A DNA stretch of 64,000 bases from Thermodesulfovibrionales bacterium (GTDB taxonomy: Bacteria; Nitrospirota; Thermodesulfovibrionia; Thermodesulfovibrionales; UBA9159): contig JBEKCV010000010.1 in NCBI GenBank assembly GCA_050014695.1, positions 8,619 to 72,618 of the forward strand, written 5' to 3'. Below the pieces are notes generated by a model. It was not told where the DNA came from, did not search any database, and saw nothing but the letters and a program-made list of their open reading frames with translations. Within the stretch, counting starts at the first letter, position 1. Every line of letters begins with the position of its first letter. Positions 27,032 through 35,710 of the stretch are shown piece after piece. A program made the translations under genes and the position numbers.

Positions 27032-27802
27032 TCAGTTTCCTACAAGCTCGATGAGATCTTTGGCGTCTCTGTAACCCGAGAGTAACCTTCCGTCAGGCAT
27101 GACGAGGGCGGGTGTGCCTGAAATCCCGAGTTTCTCCGCTAGCTTGATGTTCTCGTCAATCACGGAAGTCTCACATGTTGGTTTAGGCAATTCTTTTTTC
27201 GCATAGGCGTCTTCGAGGAGCGCAAGTGATTTTTCGCACTCAATGGCCTTTGCCTTCTCATATGATCCCTTATGCATCGCAAGCGGATACAGCTTTATGT
27301 AGAAAGCGATATCTTTTCTCTGTTCAATGACCTTCTTCATCTCCTGATGAAGTTTTTCGCAGAATGGTCATTCAGGGTCGCTAAACACGATCACCTTATA
27401 TTTGGCATCTTTAGCCCCCATGACAAGGGCGTCATCAAGAGGAATCTTTGATGCGTCGACCTTATTGATTTGGTCGAACCTCTCTTTGGTGAGATTCTTT
27501 TTCTCGTTGATTGCGAAGATCGAACCCGATATGATGTGCGTCTTCGAAAAATCAATATAGGTCAGACCTTTTTTCCCTCCGGTTTCGATATCCACTTCCC
27601 ACATACTTTTCAAAGGACTTGCTGTAACCTCCAGGACCTGGATGTTTGGGTCCAACTTTTTCAGCAGTGCAGAGGCCTCTTCTTTGCTTAACGTATGGCA
27701 TTTTGAACAGTCCTGGCCTTTTTCGCTGAAGCCATGGGAATATGACACTGGCAGGAGAAAAAACGCCACTGCCACAAACAGAACAATTTTTCGCATGTTC
27801 AC
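27032..27802 (-). CDS. periplasmic DsbC/DsbG-like thiol:disulfide oxidoreductase, probable selenoprotein (in-frame UGA at 27368-27370 read as Sec, redox motif U-P-F-C)
   Basis: Two same-frame track ORFs are separated only by TGA. The joined sequence is 'KVIVFSDPE-U-PFCEKLHQEMKK', with U at the first Cys of the thioredoxin-fold CxxC. A signal peptide is present, and a hairpin lies 15 nt downstream of the UGA. Confidence 0.72.
27335..27352 (-). promoter_or_regulatory. candidate bacterial SECIS hairpin
   Basis: The minus strand reads CUUCAUC-AGGA-GAUGAAG: a perfect 7-bp stem with a G-containing 4-nt loop. The loop starts 22 nt after the UGA. Confidence 0.5.
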
Positions 27803-27898
27803 CTCCGAAATGTTTTCTCATACTACCATAAGCGGGGTGAAAGGAGCAAGAAAATATACCTATTCGCTCTCTGGTAAAATGAGGTATACTAACATCCT

Positions 27899-28417
27899 AT
27901 GCCGTTATATGGTGCATTGTTCCTCAGTGAGTTAGTCAAGAAGCCGGTTTTTGACCCCGAAGGTGAGGTTTTGGGAAGGGTCAAAGACATCATTGTCGTG
28001 AAGGGCGACCCCCTTCCACAAATATCAACCACTATTACCGAAAGAAAAAAGGAACTGTTCCAGATTAAGTGGAAGGACGTTGATATTTTCAACAAGAGGA
28101 TCATATCGTCAGAATTCGCTGGATGGACGGCAAGCAATGAATTATTCGGTATCAAGGAATACCCGGCGGTCCCGATCAGCCGTGGGCTCTCTCATCGTAC
28201 TGATTCCGAACGCTCCCCTCATCGCTATCGTGTGGATTTTGCAGGTGGTAAACGGTGTGATGTTGCCTTTCGTGCTGATCTTCATGCTGTTTTTGATAAC
28301 AAGAAGGAATTGCTGGAAGACCTTACAAATTCAAAAACGTTTAAGAGAATCGCATGGACAACGGGCGTAGTGATGATCGCGTTGACCGGGATGTCTGTTG
28401 TTATCATGTTTGTTTAG
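27899..28417 (+). pseudogene. mosaic remnant: PRC-barrel domain N-terminus joined to a frameshifted Nramp (MntH) C-terminal fragment
   Basis: Frame 2 reads 'LSELVKKPVFDPEGEVLGRVKDIIV...WKDVDIF' (PRC-barrel-like). Nramp-like text then switches frames: 'EFAGW' (frame 2), 'GSLIVLIPNAPLIAIVWILQVVNGVMLPFVLIFMLFLI' (frame 0), and 'DNKKELLEDLTNSKTFKRIAWTTGVVMIAL' (frame 2). Confidence 0.5.
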
Positions 28418-28436
28418 AATGTATGGACAGGTGAAA

Positions 28437-29510
28437 ATGATGGTAAAAGCGATCGAATGGAACAATGGCGAGGTCATCATGCTCGATCAGAGCAGGCTTC
28501 CTGCAGAGGTAACATATATCGAATGCCGGGATTGTCAAGCGGTCGCGGAAGGCATCAAGAAGCTTCGGATACGGGGGGCTCCGGCCATCGGCATTGCGGC
28601 GGCGATGGGCATCGCCCTCGGTGCTCGGGATATAGAGGCTGACGATTTTAAAGAGTTCATGGCAAAGCTTGAGCCGGTCTGTAATCTGCTTCTTTCCACG
28701 AGGCCGACGGCGGTAAACATTCGATGGGCGGTCGACAGGCTGAAGGGGTTTTTATCGGACAAAGAAGGCCTGCCCGTTGTGCGGTTGAAAGAGATGCTCA
28801 TCGAGGAGTCAACGAGGATCCTTGACGAGGATCGACAAGTCAATAGGGCAATCGGAAGGCACGGAGCGGGGCTCATCAGAGACGGCGATACCATCCTGAC
28901 CCACTGCAATGCAGGGGCCTTGGCAACCGGCGGATACGGTACGGCAACAGCACCGATGTTCATTGCGAAAGAGCAGGGAAAGACAATACAGGTGTTTGCT
29001 GATGAGACGAGACCGGTGCTGCAGGGGGCGCGCCTTACCGCCTGGGAACTGATGGAGGAAGGCATCCCTGTCACTTTGATCACTGATAGTTCGGCGGGGT
29101 CACTCATGAAAAAGGGTCTGATCGACCTCGTGATCGTTGGAACCGACAGGACGGTAAAAAATGGGGACGTGGCAAATAAGATCGGTACGTATCCTCTTGC
29201 TGTTCTCGCTAAAGAGCACGGGATACCCTTTTATGTTGCAGCTCCTACGAGCAGCATTGACCTCTCCATCTCCACGGGAGATGAGATACCCATCGAGGAG
29301 CGAGACCCTTCAGAGGTTACTCATCTGTTCGGAAAAGTTTCGGTGGAGGGATGCGAGTCCTTCTGGGGCTCTGTCCAGATAGCTCCCGAGGGCGTCGCGG
29401 TGAGGAACATCGCTTTCGATGTGACGCCTCATCGGTACGTTACTGCAATAATTACAGAAAAGGGTATATTCAAGCCAGGCGATATCAGGCATATAATGGA
29501 CCGGCCATGA
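28437..29510 (+). CDS. mtnA: S-methyl-5-thioribose-1-phosphate isomerase (eIF-2B alpha/beta/delta family)
   Basis: 'MLDQSRLP', 'IRGAPAIGIAAAMG', 'RPTAVN', 'ILTHCNAGALAT', 'ADETRPVLQGARLTAWEL', 'VGTDR', 'NKIGTY', 'FDVTP'. Confidence 0.9.
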   Translation: MMVKAIEWNNGEVIMLDQSRLPAEVTYIECRDCQAVAEGIKKLRIRGAPAIGIAAAMGIALGARDIEADDFKEFMAKLEPVCNLLLSTRPTAVNIRWAVDRLKGFLSDKEGLPVVRLKEMLIEESTRILDEDRQVNRAIGRHGAGLIRDGDTILTHCNAGALATGGYGTATAPMFIAKEQGKTIQVFADETRPVLQGARLTAWELMEEGIPVTLITDSSAGSLMKKGLIDLVIVGTDRTVKNGDVANKIGTYPLAVLAKEHGIPFYVAAPTSSIDLSISTGDEIPIEERDPSEVTHLFGKVSVEGCESFWGSVQIAPEGVAVRNIAFDVTPHRYVTAIITEKGIFKPGDIRHIMDRP

Positions 29511-30481
29511 AGTGCGACAATATCTTTTCATTCTATGCAGAGGACTTGGACCGTGTAGAGAAGAGCCTCAGAACCATCTTTGCGAGCGATGCCTTCATTA
29601 TCCCGATGGTCGGGGAGCACATTATACGCAGTGGCGGCAAAAGGCTGAGACCGCTTTTTTTAATCCTGAGCGCTGAGCTTGCCAATTACAGGGGTGAAAA
29701 CAGGATCATCCTCGCGGGTATCATTGAAGCGATCCACACAGCCTCCCTTCTCCATGATGACGTTGTGGATGGTGCCGAGGTCAGGAGGGGGAAGGCCGCC
29801 TCTCATGTCGTTTGGGGAAATCAGGTAGTCATCTTAGTGGGAGACTACATTTATGCCAATGCCCTGAGAATCTCTGTCCTTCAGGAAGACCTGAGGATCA
29901 TCGAGGCGCTGTCAGCGGCGATAGCGGCCATGACCGAGGGCGAGATTATCCAACTGAACAGGGTGGCGGACCCGGAGATAACCCTCGATGAGTACTACCG
30001 GATAATCTCTTCAAAGACTGGCGCTCTGATCTCGGCGGCATGCAGGATCGGCGGTATCCTGGGTCGGCTTCCGCTGGAACAGGTGGATGCGCTCGGCAGA
30101 TTCGGTATGAAGACGGGCATAGCGTTCCAGATAGCTGACGATATACTGGATTACATGGCAGAGGAGAGGGATCTCGGGAAGAAACTGGGGAAAGACCTTG
30201 AGGAAGGCAAAATAACCCTTCCCCTCATTTATCTGCTCGGGGAGGCATCCGGTGAAGAAAAGGAGGAGGTGAAGCGTATTATCAAGAATGACCTCTTCGC
30301 AGTGGATGACTTGATGAGGATTACGAAGCTGTTCAGAAAGTATCATGCGATAGAAGAAGCTCTCAGGATTGCGCAAAGGCTGCTCAATGAAGCCAAGGAA
30401 GAGCTTGCGGTATTTGGGGACATACCGGAAAGGCAGGCCCTGTTGATGCTTGCGGAATACGCCCTTGCAAGGGAGAGATGA
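29507..30481 (+). CDS. trans-polyprenyl diphosphate synthase (long-chain, IspB/HepT-like)
   Basis: FARM 'LLHDDVVD', SARM 'DDILD', 'GKRLRP'. The ATG overlaps the mtnA stop (ATGA). Confidence 0.9.
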   Translation: MKCDNIFSFYAEDLDRVEKSLRTIFASDAFIIPMVGEHIIRSGGKRLRPLFLILSAELANYRGENRIILAGIIEAIHTASLLHDDVVDGAEVRRGKAASHVVWGNQVVILVGDYIYANALRISVLQEDLRIIEALSAAIAAMTEGEIIQLNRVADPEITLDEYYRIISSKTGALISAACRIGGILGRLPLEQVDALGRFGMKTGIAFQIADDILDYMAEERDLGKKLGKDLEEGKITLPLIYLLGEASGEEKEEVKRIIKNDLFAVDDLMRITKLFRKYHAIEEALRIAQRLLNEAKEELAVFGDIPERQALLMLAEYALARER

Positions 30482-30987
30482 TGCATCCGCTGGCTGAACT
30501 GGCAAAGAAGGTGGTGGAGGAGTTTGCGGCAACGGGTAGGATTCTTCCTCCGCCTCAAGAACTTACCCCCGAGATGCAGGGGCAGGCAGGCGTTTTTGTC
30601 TGTTTGAAAAAAAACGGAGAATTGAGGGGATGCATCGGTACCTTTCTTCCCTGCAGCCAGAACGTTGCTGAAGAGGTCATCAATAATGCAGTGGCCGCTT
30701 CAACGGAAGACCCAAGGTTTCTCCCCGTAGAAGTTGATGAACTATCAGCTCTCGTGTACTCCGTTGATGTGCTTTCTCCCCCGGAAAAGGTGACGAGTGT
30801 CAGGGAGCTTGATCCCAGACGATACGGTGTGATTGTCGAGTTCGGAGGAATGAAGGGCCTTCTCCTGCCGGATCTCGAAGGCGTGGACACCGCGGAGGAG
30901 CAGCTCAGGATTGCAAAGATGAAAGCCGGAATATCCGTGGCCGAGGACTGTGCAATCTATAGGTTTGAAGTCAGGAGATACCATTGA
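30478..30987 (+). CDS. AMMECR1-domain protein
   Basis: '[19 protein letters not shown]', 'DPRFLPV', 'GLLLPD'. Confidence 0.85.
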   Translation: MMHPLAELAKKVVEEFAATGRILPPPQELTPEMQGQAGVFVCLKKNGELRGCIGTFLPCSQNVAEEVINNAVAASTEDPRFLPVEVDELSALVYSVDVLSPPEKVTSVRELDPRRYGVIVEFGGMKGLLLPDLEGVDTAEEQLRIAKMKAGISVAEDCAIYRFEVRRYH

Positions 30988-32496
30988 ATGAACATGTCTC
31001 TCAAGGGAAACCTCAGAGATCATAGTCTGCCGCGAATACTCCTTGACATCAAGAGGAAAGGAGTGACCGGCACCCTTTCTCTCATGTCTTCGTCTGTTGA
31101 AAGAACTATCTATTTCCGGAACGGGGAAGCGATTTTCGCTTCTTCCACGTCGGATGCTGACAGGCTCGGGGAGATGCTCCTGAAGGCCGGCAAGATTACC
31201 GTGCAGGGGTACGAGAAATCCATTGAACTGCTGAAGAGAACGGGGCAACGATATGGTGCGATACTGGTGGAACTCGGCTGCCTCACACCGAAAGACCTCT
31301 TATGGGGCGTCAAATACCAGGTCGCGGAGATCCTGTACAGCTGCTTCAGGCTTGACGAGGGCGCTACCTATGAGTTGCAGGAGGCAGTCTCGCCTTCCCT
31401 CGATATAACCCTCACGCTGAGCACGGAAGCTCTTGTCTACGAGGGCATAAAGAGGCTTCGGGAACAGGGGGAAATGGGGAAAGATATGCCGGACCTGGAT
31501 ATGGTATTTAAACTCGATGATGATCGCGCACATCTTCTCCGGGGCGAGGGCGCCGTTGTTGACCTCGATGCCGAGGATAGAAGGATATTTTCCCTCGTGG
31601 ACGGAGAAAGAACGGTAAGGCAGGTGATAGAGGAAGCGCATGCGAGTCCGTTTGAGACCATGAAGACCCTGTATGGGTTGGCGGTTGTCGGAGTCATTGT
31701 GAAGAGGGAAGCCCCGCGGGGGGAAAACGGTGAGACCAGAGATTCCAGAGCGACGGCCGGGGACGAGCCGCGAGGTCAAGGCGATAAAAATCCGTCCACT
31801 TCCGAAGTCGATAGCGCCCTGGCGCGAAGGGTTGACGATTTTTATCAGCGGGCGAAGGATATGGGCCCAGATGAAATACTCCAGGTTGATGAGAAGACAG
31901 GACCGGAGGAGATAAAGAGAAATTACTATCGACTGGTACGAGAGTTTCATCCTGACAGGGTTTATCATACAGACGATAAGGAACTGAAAGGTAAGGTCAC
32001 CGTCCTTTTTGATACCATCACGAAGGCATATAGACTGTTCCAGGATGAGGAAAAGCGGAGGGAGTATTTTGATTCCCTTCTCAGGCCGTCAAAGCCTCCG
32101 TCATGGAAACAATCCCAACAGTCACCTGACAACGCGACGCGGGAAACACTCTTGACAGAAATGTTTCAGAGAGGGGTCCAGGAATTTAAAAAGGGCAATT
32201 TCTGGGGTGCTGCTGATCTGTTTAAACGGGTGACCAAGGAGGACCCTCGAAATACTAAGGCGTGGAGTTATCTTTCTCTTGCCCTGAGCAAGGTCCCCAA
32301 CAGACTGAAAGAGTCTGAAGAAGCGCTCCTCAAGGCTGTTGCCCTTGACCCGCTGAACAGTGAGCATCTCACGAACCTGGGGCTCATATACCTCAAGGCG
32401 GGTCTTAATATGCGGGCAAGAAAACAGTTCGAGAAGGCCCTGAAATTAGACCCTGCGAATAAACAGGCAAAACAGGGACTTGAACAGATAGGATGA
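30988..32496 (+). CDS. DUF4388 (PatA-N-like) + J-domain + TPR protein
   Basis: 'LKGNLRDHSLPRILLDIKRKGVTGTLSL'; J-domain 'ILQVDEKTGPEEIKRNYYRLVREFHPDR'; C-terminal TPR repeats. Confidence 0.8.
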   Translation: MNMSLKGNLRDHSLPRILLDIKRKGVTGTLSLMSSSVERTIYFRNGEAIFASSTSDADRLGEMLLKAGKITVQGYEKSIELLKRTGQRYGAILVELGCLTPKDLLWGVKYQVAEILYSCFRLDEGATYELQEAVSPSLDITLTLSTEALVYEGIKRLREQGEMGKDMPDLDMVFKLDDDRAHLLRGEGAVVDLDAEDRRIFSLVDGERTVRQVIEEAHASPFETMKTLYGLAVVGVIVKREAPRGENGETRDSRATAGDEPRGQGDKNPSTSEVDSALARRVDDFYQRAKDMGPDEILQVDEKTGPEEIKRNYYRLVREFHPDRVYHTDDKELKGKVTVLFDTITKAYRLFQDEEKRREYFDSLLRPSKPPSWKQSQQSPDNATRETLLTEMFQRGVQEFKKGNFWGAADLFKRVTKEDPRNTKAWSYLSLALSKVPNRLKESEEALLKAVALDPLNSEHLTNLGLIYLKAGLNMRARKQFEKALKLDPANKQAKQGLEQIG

Positions 32497-32554
32497 CTAT
32501 CGAGTTTGGGGCAGGAGTCTCAGACCCGATGGAACGCTCGAAGGCGTATTGATA

Positions 32555-32965
32555 ATGGATGCGATCGCCGAACGGCTAAAAGAACTCTTTGCGGAAATCT
32601 CACCCATGATTGAATCATACACCCGGGAGGTCTGTCCTCAATGTGCGCAGGTCTGCTGCAAGCAGAGGCATGCCTTGCCGGATGCGAAAGACCGTGTTTT
32701 CCTGCGTGCTCTCGGGCTTGAGAGTCCGCCGTACGACAACCGTCGGTCGCCCGACGAACAGTGCCAGTTTCTCGGCAGCACGGGCTGTGTGAACCCGCGG
32801 TGGATGAGACCTTTTCGGTGTACATGGTTTTTCTGTGAACCCTTGTTGAGGGCCATGGATGAAGGAGCTGGAAAGAGATGCCGGAAATTGACGGCACTGC
32901 TGGGGGAGATCGTCAAAATGAGCAACGACTTACAGGGAAGATCCCTGTATGGGACATCCCCGTAG
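32555..32965 (+). CDS. YkgJ/UPF0153-type Cys-rich putative Fe-S or zinc protein
   Basis: 'CPQCAQVCC' (the CxxCxxCC signature), then 'CQFLGSTGC' and 'RCTWFFC'. Confidence 0.6.
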   Translation: MDAIAERLKELFAEISPMIESYTREVCPQCAQVCCKQRHALPDAKDRVFLRALGLESPPYDNRRSPDEQCQFLGSTGCVNPRWMRPFRCTWFFCEPLLRAMDEGAGKRCRKLTALLGEIVKMSNDLQGRSLYGTSP

Positions 32966-33055
32966 ATTTGTTGCAGGAGATCAGCTGTCTGTTGCCGTTT
33001 GGCGTGAACAGCGCCGAAGAGATGGCATTATCGTACGCCGTACAGAACACGTGCT

Positions 33056-34048
33056 ATGAATATTTCATATTTGATGAGTTCGTATCCAGGGATGTACATC
33101 GTCCAATCGTTTTGGCATTCTCTCATAGCGACTGTTTTGGTGGACAGCGCCATCCGTATATGGAGGATCAACAATTCATCCGCAAGGCAGAGGTTTCGAT
33201 TCCTCGTTCTCATATGCCCGCTCGTCTTATTCCCCATTTATCAGGCAATAAATCCTGACCGGGGCTCCGTTTTTTTCAGACTTGAGGCGCTCTTCGATAG
33301 TAATCGATTGATGAACCTGGAGTTATGGGGAGGGATCCCCTTGAGTGCCGGCGTCGCTCTTGTCGTCTGTATTACGACAATCATCTTCATCATGCAGGAG
33401 ATAATCCCGATCATGAGGCACGCCATTGAATCGAGACAATCCGGACCTGAAGGGGACATGCTCGCTGAGGATTCTCCTGTGCAGAGGGCTTTAGAGGACT
33501 TGCCCGGAGAAAAGCCCGACATTATCGTACTGGATGATGACGAACTCGTGTTGTTTTCCAGGACAGGGAAAAAAACGGCAATCTTCTTATCCTCCGGCGT
33601 GTTGAAGGAACTGAGCGTTGAACAGTTGCAGGCTGCGATCGCCCATGAGATTGCTCATATCATCAGAAATAGACAACCGGTCCTCATTATTATATTTCTC
33701 CTGCGGCTCCTGATGTTTTATAATCCCGTTGTCCTCCTTGAGTTCAGAAGGATTGTCCAGGAAGAAGAAAACATCTGTGATGATGTGGCGGTTTCCCTGA
33801 CGCGCAAACCCCATGCATTGATTGAAACACTGAAGAAACTGTATTATGAGCCTGAAGAGAGGAATCCCCTGAACCTGCGTGAGCTATCGAAGTTGAAAGA
33901 CTCCATCGAGGAGTACGGCCACAATATGCATATCGAGGGCAGGATTATGAGGCTCGAACAAGGGGGTGGCCCGAAAACCGACAGCGCATGGTTTGCTTTC
34001 GTGCTGACACTTTCGGCGATCATCGTAATGAATTATTTCATCGTGTGA
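33056..34048 (+). CDS. M56 (BlaR1-type) / M48-like membrane zinc metalloprotease
   Basis: Several N-terminal TM segments and HExxH 'AIAHEIAHI' followed by another TM. No BlaI/MecI-type repressor is adjacent. Confidence 0.7.
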   Translation: MNISYLMSSYPGMYIVQSFWHSLIATVLVDSAIRIWRINNSSARQRFRFLVLICPLVLFPIYQAINPDRGSVFFRLEALFDSNRLMNLELWGGIPLSAGVALVVCITTIIFIMQEIIPIMRHAIESRQSGPEGDMLAEDSPVQRALEDLPGEKPDIIVLDDDELVLFSRTGKKTAIFLSSGVLKELSVEQLQAAIAHEIAHIIRNRQPVLIIIFLLRLLMFYNPVVLLEFRRIVQEEENICDDVAVSLTRKPHALIETLKKLYYEPEERNPLNLRELSKLKDSIEEYGHNMHIEGRIMRLEQGGGPKTDSAWFAFVLTLSAIIVMNYFIV

Positions 34049-34055
34049 GGGCAAG

Positions 34056-34589
34056 GTGAGTGTAGGTAAGAAAATCCTTGGTGCGTTTTCCTTTGCAATA
34101 CTGATCGCAGGCGTCATCATCGCCTTAAAGATCCTGAATTGGCTGCCTCTTGCTGTCCAGGAGGGCTCCATGAAACGGTATGACAGCATAGAGGAGGTGA
34201 GGGCGGCGTTGAATGTCAGAGAGATATATGTCCCGGCATATTTCCCCCAGAGTCTCACCTGGCCGCCGTCATTGATCTTGGCGCAGAGTAAACCGTTTGA
34301 AGCGATCATTATGGTGTTTACTTCGGCGGCCAAGGGCGGTGTCACACTCGTGACTTCGCAGTCGACCGCCGCTGATTTTGTCCCCGATGACACAATAAAG
34401 ATCCTCCGCACAAAGGAAACGGTCAAATACTCTTTAAGAGGCAGAGATGCCCTGATCGAGGTGGGAACCGGCAAAAACGAAGAGCAGTGCAGCCGGATTT
34501 CATGGACTGAGGGGAAATTCAAGATACGTGTCGCGATGAAGTCAAATCCATTTGATTTAATAAGGATTGCAGAGAGTATGGTGCGTTGA
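34056..34589 (+). CDS. membrane-anchored hypothetical protein (DUF4367-like C-terminus)
   Basis: GTG start 7 nt after the protease stop; N-terminal TM 'AFSFAILIAGVIIAL'; C-terminal 'ISWTEGKFKIRVAMKSNPFDLIRIAESM'. Confidence 0.5.
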   Translation: MSVGKKILGAFSFAILIAGVIIALKILNWLPLAVQEGSMKRYDSIEEVRAALNVREIYVPAYFPQSLTWPPSLILAQSKPFEAIIMVFTSAAKGGVTLVTSQSTAADFVPDDTIKILRTKETVKYSLRGRDALIEVGTGKNEEQCSRISWTEGKFKIRVAMKSNPFDLIRIAESMVR

Positions 34590-34852
34590 GCCTTCCCCTG
34601 CGAACGCCCTGTCATCATGTTCCGATATGAAATAGCCGCTCGGCCAGCATGTCGAGAAAGGCAGTCGTAGCACCGTCCGGCAGTGCCCGGTAGGCATATC
34701 TTCTCCCTCGTCCAAATTATCCCCCTGACGTAGGAACAAATTCCTATAAGAAATAGGAGTTTGTTCCAATTTTCTTCGCCTTCTCCTTCTGTTATAGTGG
34801 ATTCAGAAAGCACGGGATACAACATTTCAGGCAGGAAAGGAGGTGAATAAAG

Positions 34853-35173
34853 ATGACACGGTATAAGGGAGGAGATAGGGTCCGCAAGGGAACTTACTGG
34901 GATTTCAAGAGCGGAAACAGGGTTGATATGGCCGGCGAAGGTATTCTTCCGGGGGATGAGAGATCGAAATACGTAAGATGTCCCCCCGTTCTCGTGCTGC
35001 TTTCAGGCCCTGTAGTGGGGCTGTTCTACGTCGTAGCACTCCCCTTTATCGCCTTGGGAACAATCCTGACGCTCGCGGCGGGGAAACTCCTAACCGGTAT
35101 AGTAAGCATTGTGCCTTTTGGATGGAGACCGGGAGAAGCGCATTTAGGAGGGAAACGGAAGAAACAGAAATAA
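34853..35173 (+). CDS. small membrane protein, paralogue A (106 aa)
   Basis: SD 'aaaggaggtgaataaag' before the ATG. C-terminal module 'PVVGLFYVVALPF-x23-FGWRPGEAHLGGKRKKQK'. Confidence 0.55.
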   Translation: MTRYKGGDRVRKGTYWDFKSGNRVDMAGEGILPGDERSKYVRCPPVLVLLSGPVVGLFYVVALPFIALGTILTLAAGKLLTGIVSIVPFGWRPGEAHLGGKRKKQK

Positions 35174-35226
35174 CGGTGATTACGGCGGGCCGACATGAAG
35201 AAGGTCCGGAAAGGAAGGAGGAAAAA

Positions 35227-35619
35227 ATGAATACGCTCTATGATTTCATTACCCATGTCAAGGGAGTGGAGTACCTATTAGCAATCCTGTTCATTGCGGG
35301 ATACATTCTCTACGCCGAAGCGTTAAAACCGAAGCCCTTCAAGACCCTGGTAGAGTCGGGCAAGGAGGACCTCGAGTTCATAAAAGAAAGGGGCCTTGCA
35401 AACACCCTGAAGAGCATTGGTAAGATCGCCGCCGCTCCGTTCATTGGGCTCGCGTACGTGATTATGCTTCCCTTCACCTTTGTATATGCCCTGGGAACAG
35501 CGGCGCTCAACGGTATCTTCGCACTGGCAGGAAGGAGTGCATCATTTGGGTGGAGGCCTACCGAGGCTTATCTGGCGGGCAAGAAGAAGGATAAGAAGAA
35601 AAAGGTCGAAGAGGAATAA
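35227..35619 (+). CDS. small membrane protein, paralogue B (130 aa)
   Basis: SD 'ggaaggaggaaaaa' before the ATG ('MNTLYDF'). C-terminal module 'PFIGLAYVIMLPF-x23-FGWRPTEAYLAGKKKDKKKK'. The longer track ORF from 34978 has no SD and a non-protein-like N-terminus. Confidence 0.6.
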   Translation: MNTLYDFITHVKGVEYLLAILFIAGYILYAEALKPKPFKTLVESGKEDLEFIKERGLANTLKSIGKIAAAPFIGLAYVIMLPFTFVYALGTAALNGIFALAGRSASFGWRPTEAYLAGKKKDKKKKVEEE

Positions 35620-35710
35620 TTCCGAGGAGCAGGAAAGCACCCACGACAACTCAGCAATCCCCCGTAGTGTTAGCCCTCTCCGGGGGTTGTTGAAAAGGAG
35701 GCAACAATAG

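Noticed and set aside
27032-27802. Treating 27368..27802 and 27032..27340 as two separate genes, or as a pseudogene interrupted by a stop.
   Set aside because: They share one frame, and the single TGA sits exactly at the first Cys of the DsbC-type CxxC motif. A hairpin lies at SECIS-compatible distance. The downstream piece alone would lack a signal peptide and half of its active site.
33884-34825. 313-aa minus-strand ORF.
   Set aside because: It is antisense to the M56 protease 3' end and the DUF4367-like gene, which have recognisable motifs and SDs. Its sequence has no motif and an odd composition. It is a typical shadow ORF.
34978-35226. N-terminal 83 codons of the 213-aa track ORF 34978..35619.
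   Set aside because: This part overlaps paralogue A in another frame, has an R/S/P-rich non-protein-like sequence, and has no SD. A strong SD precedes the internal ATG at 35227.
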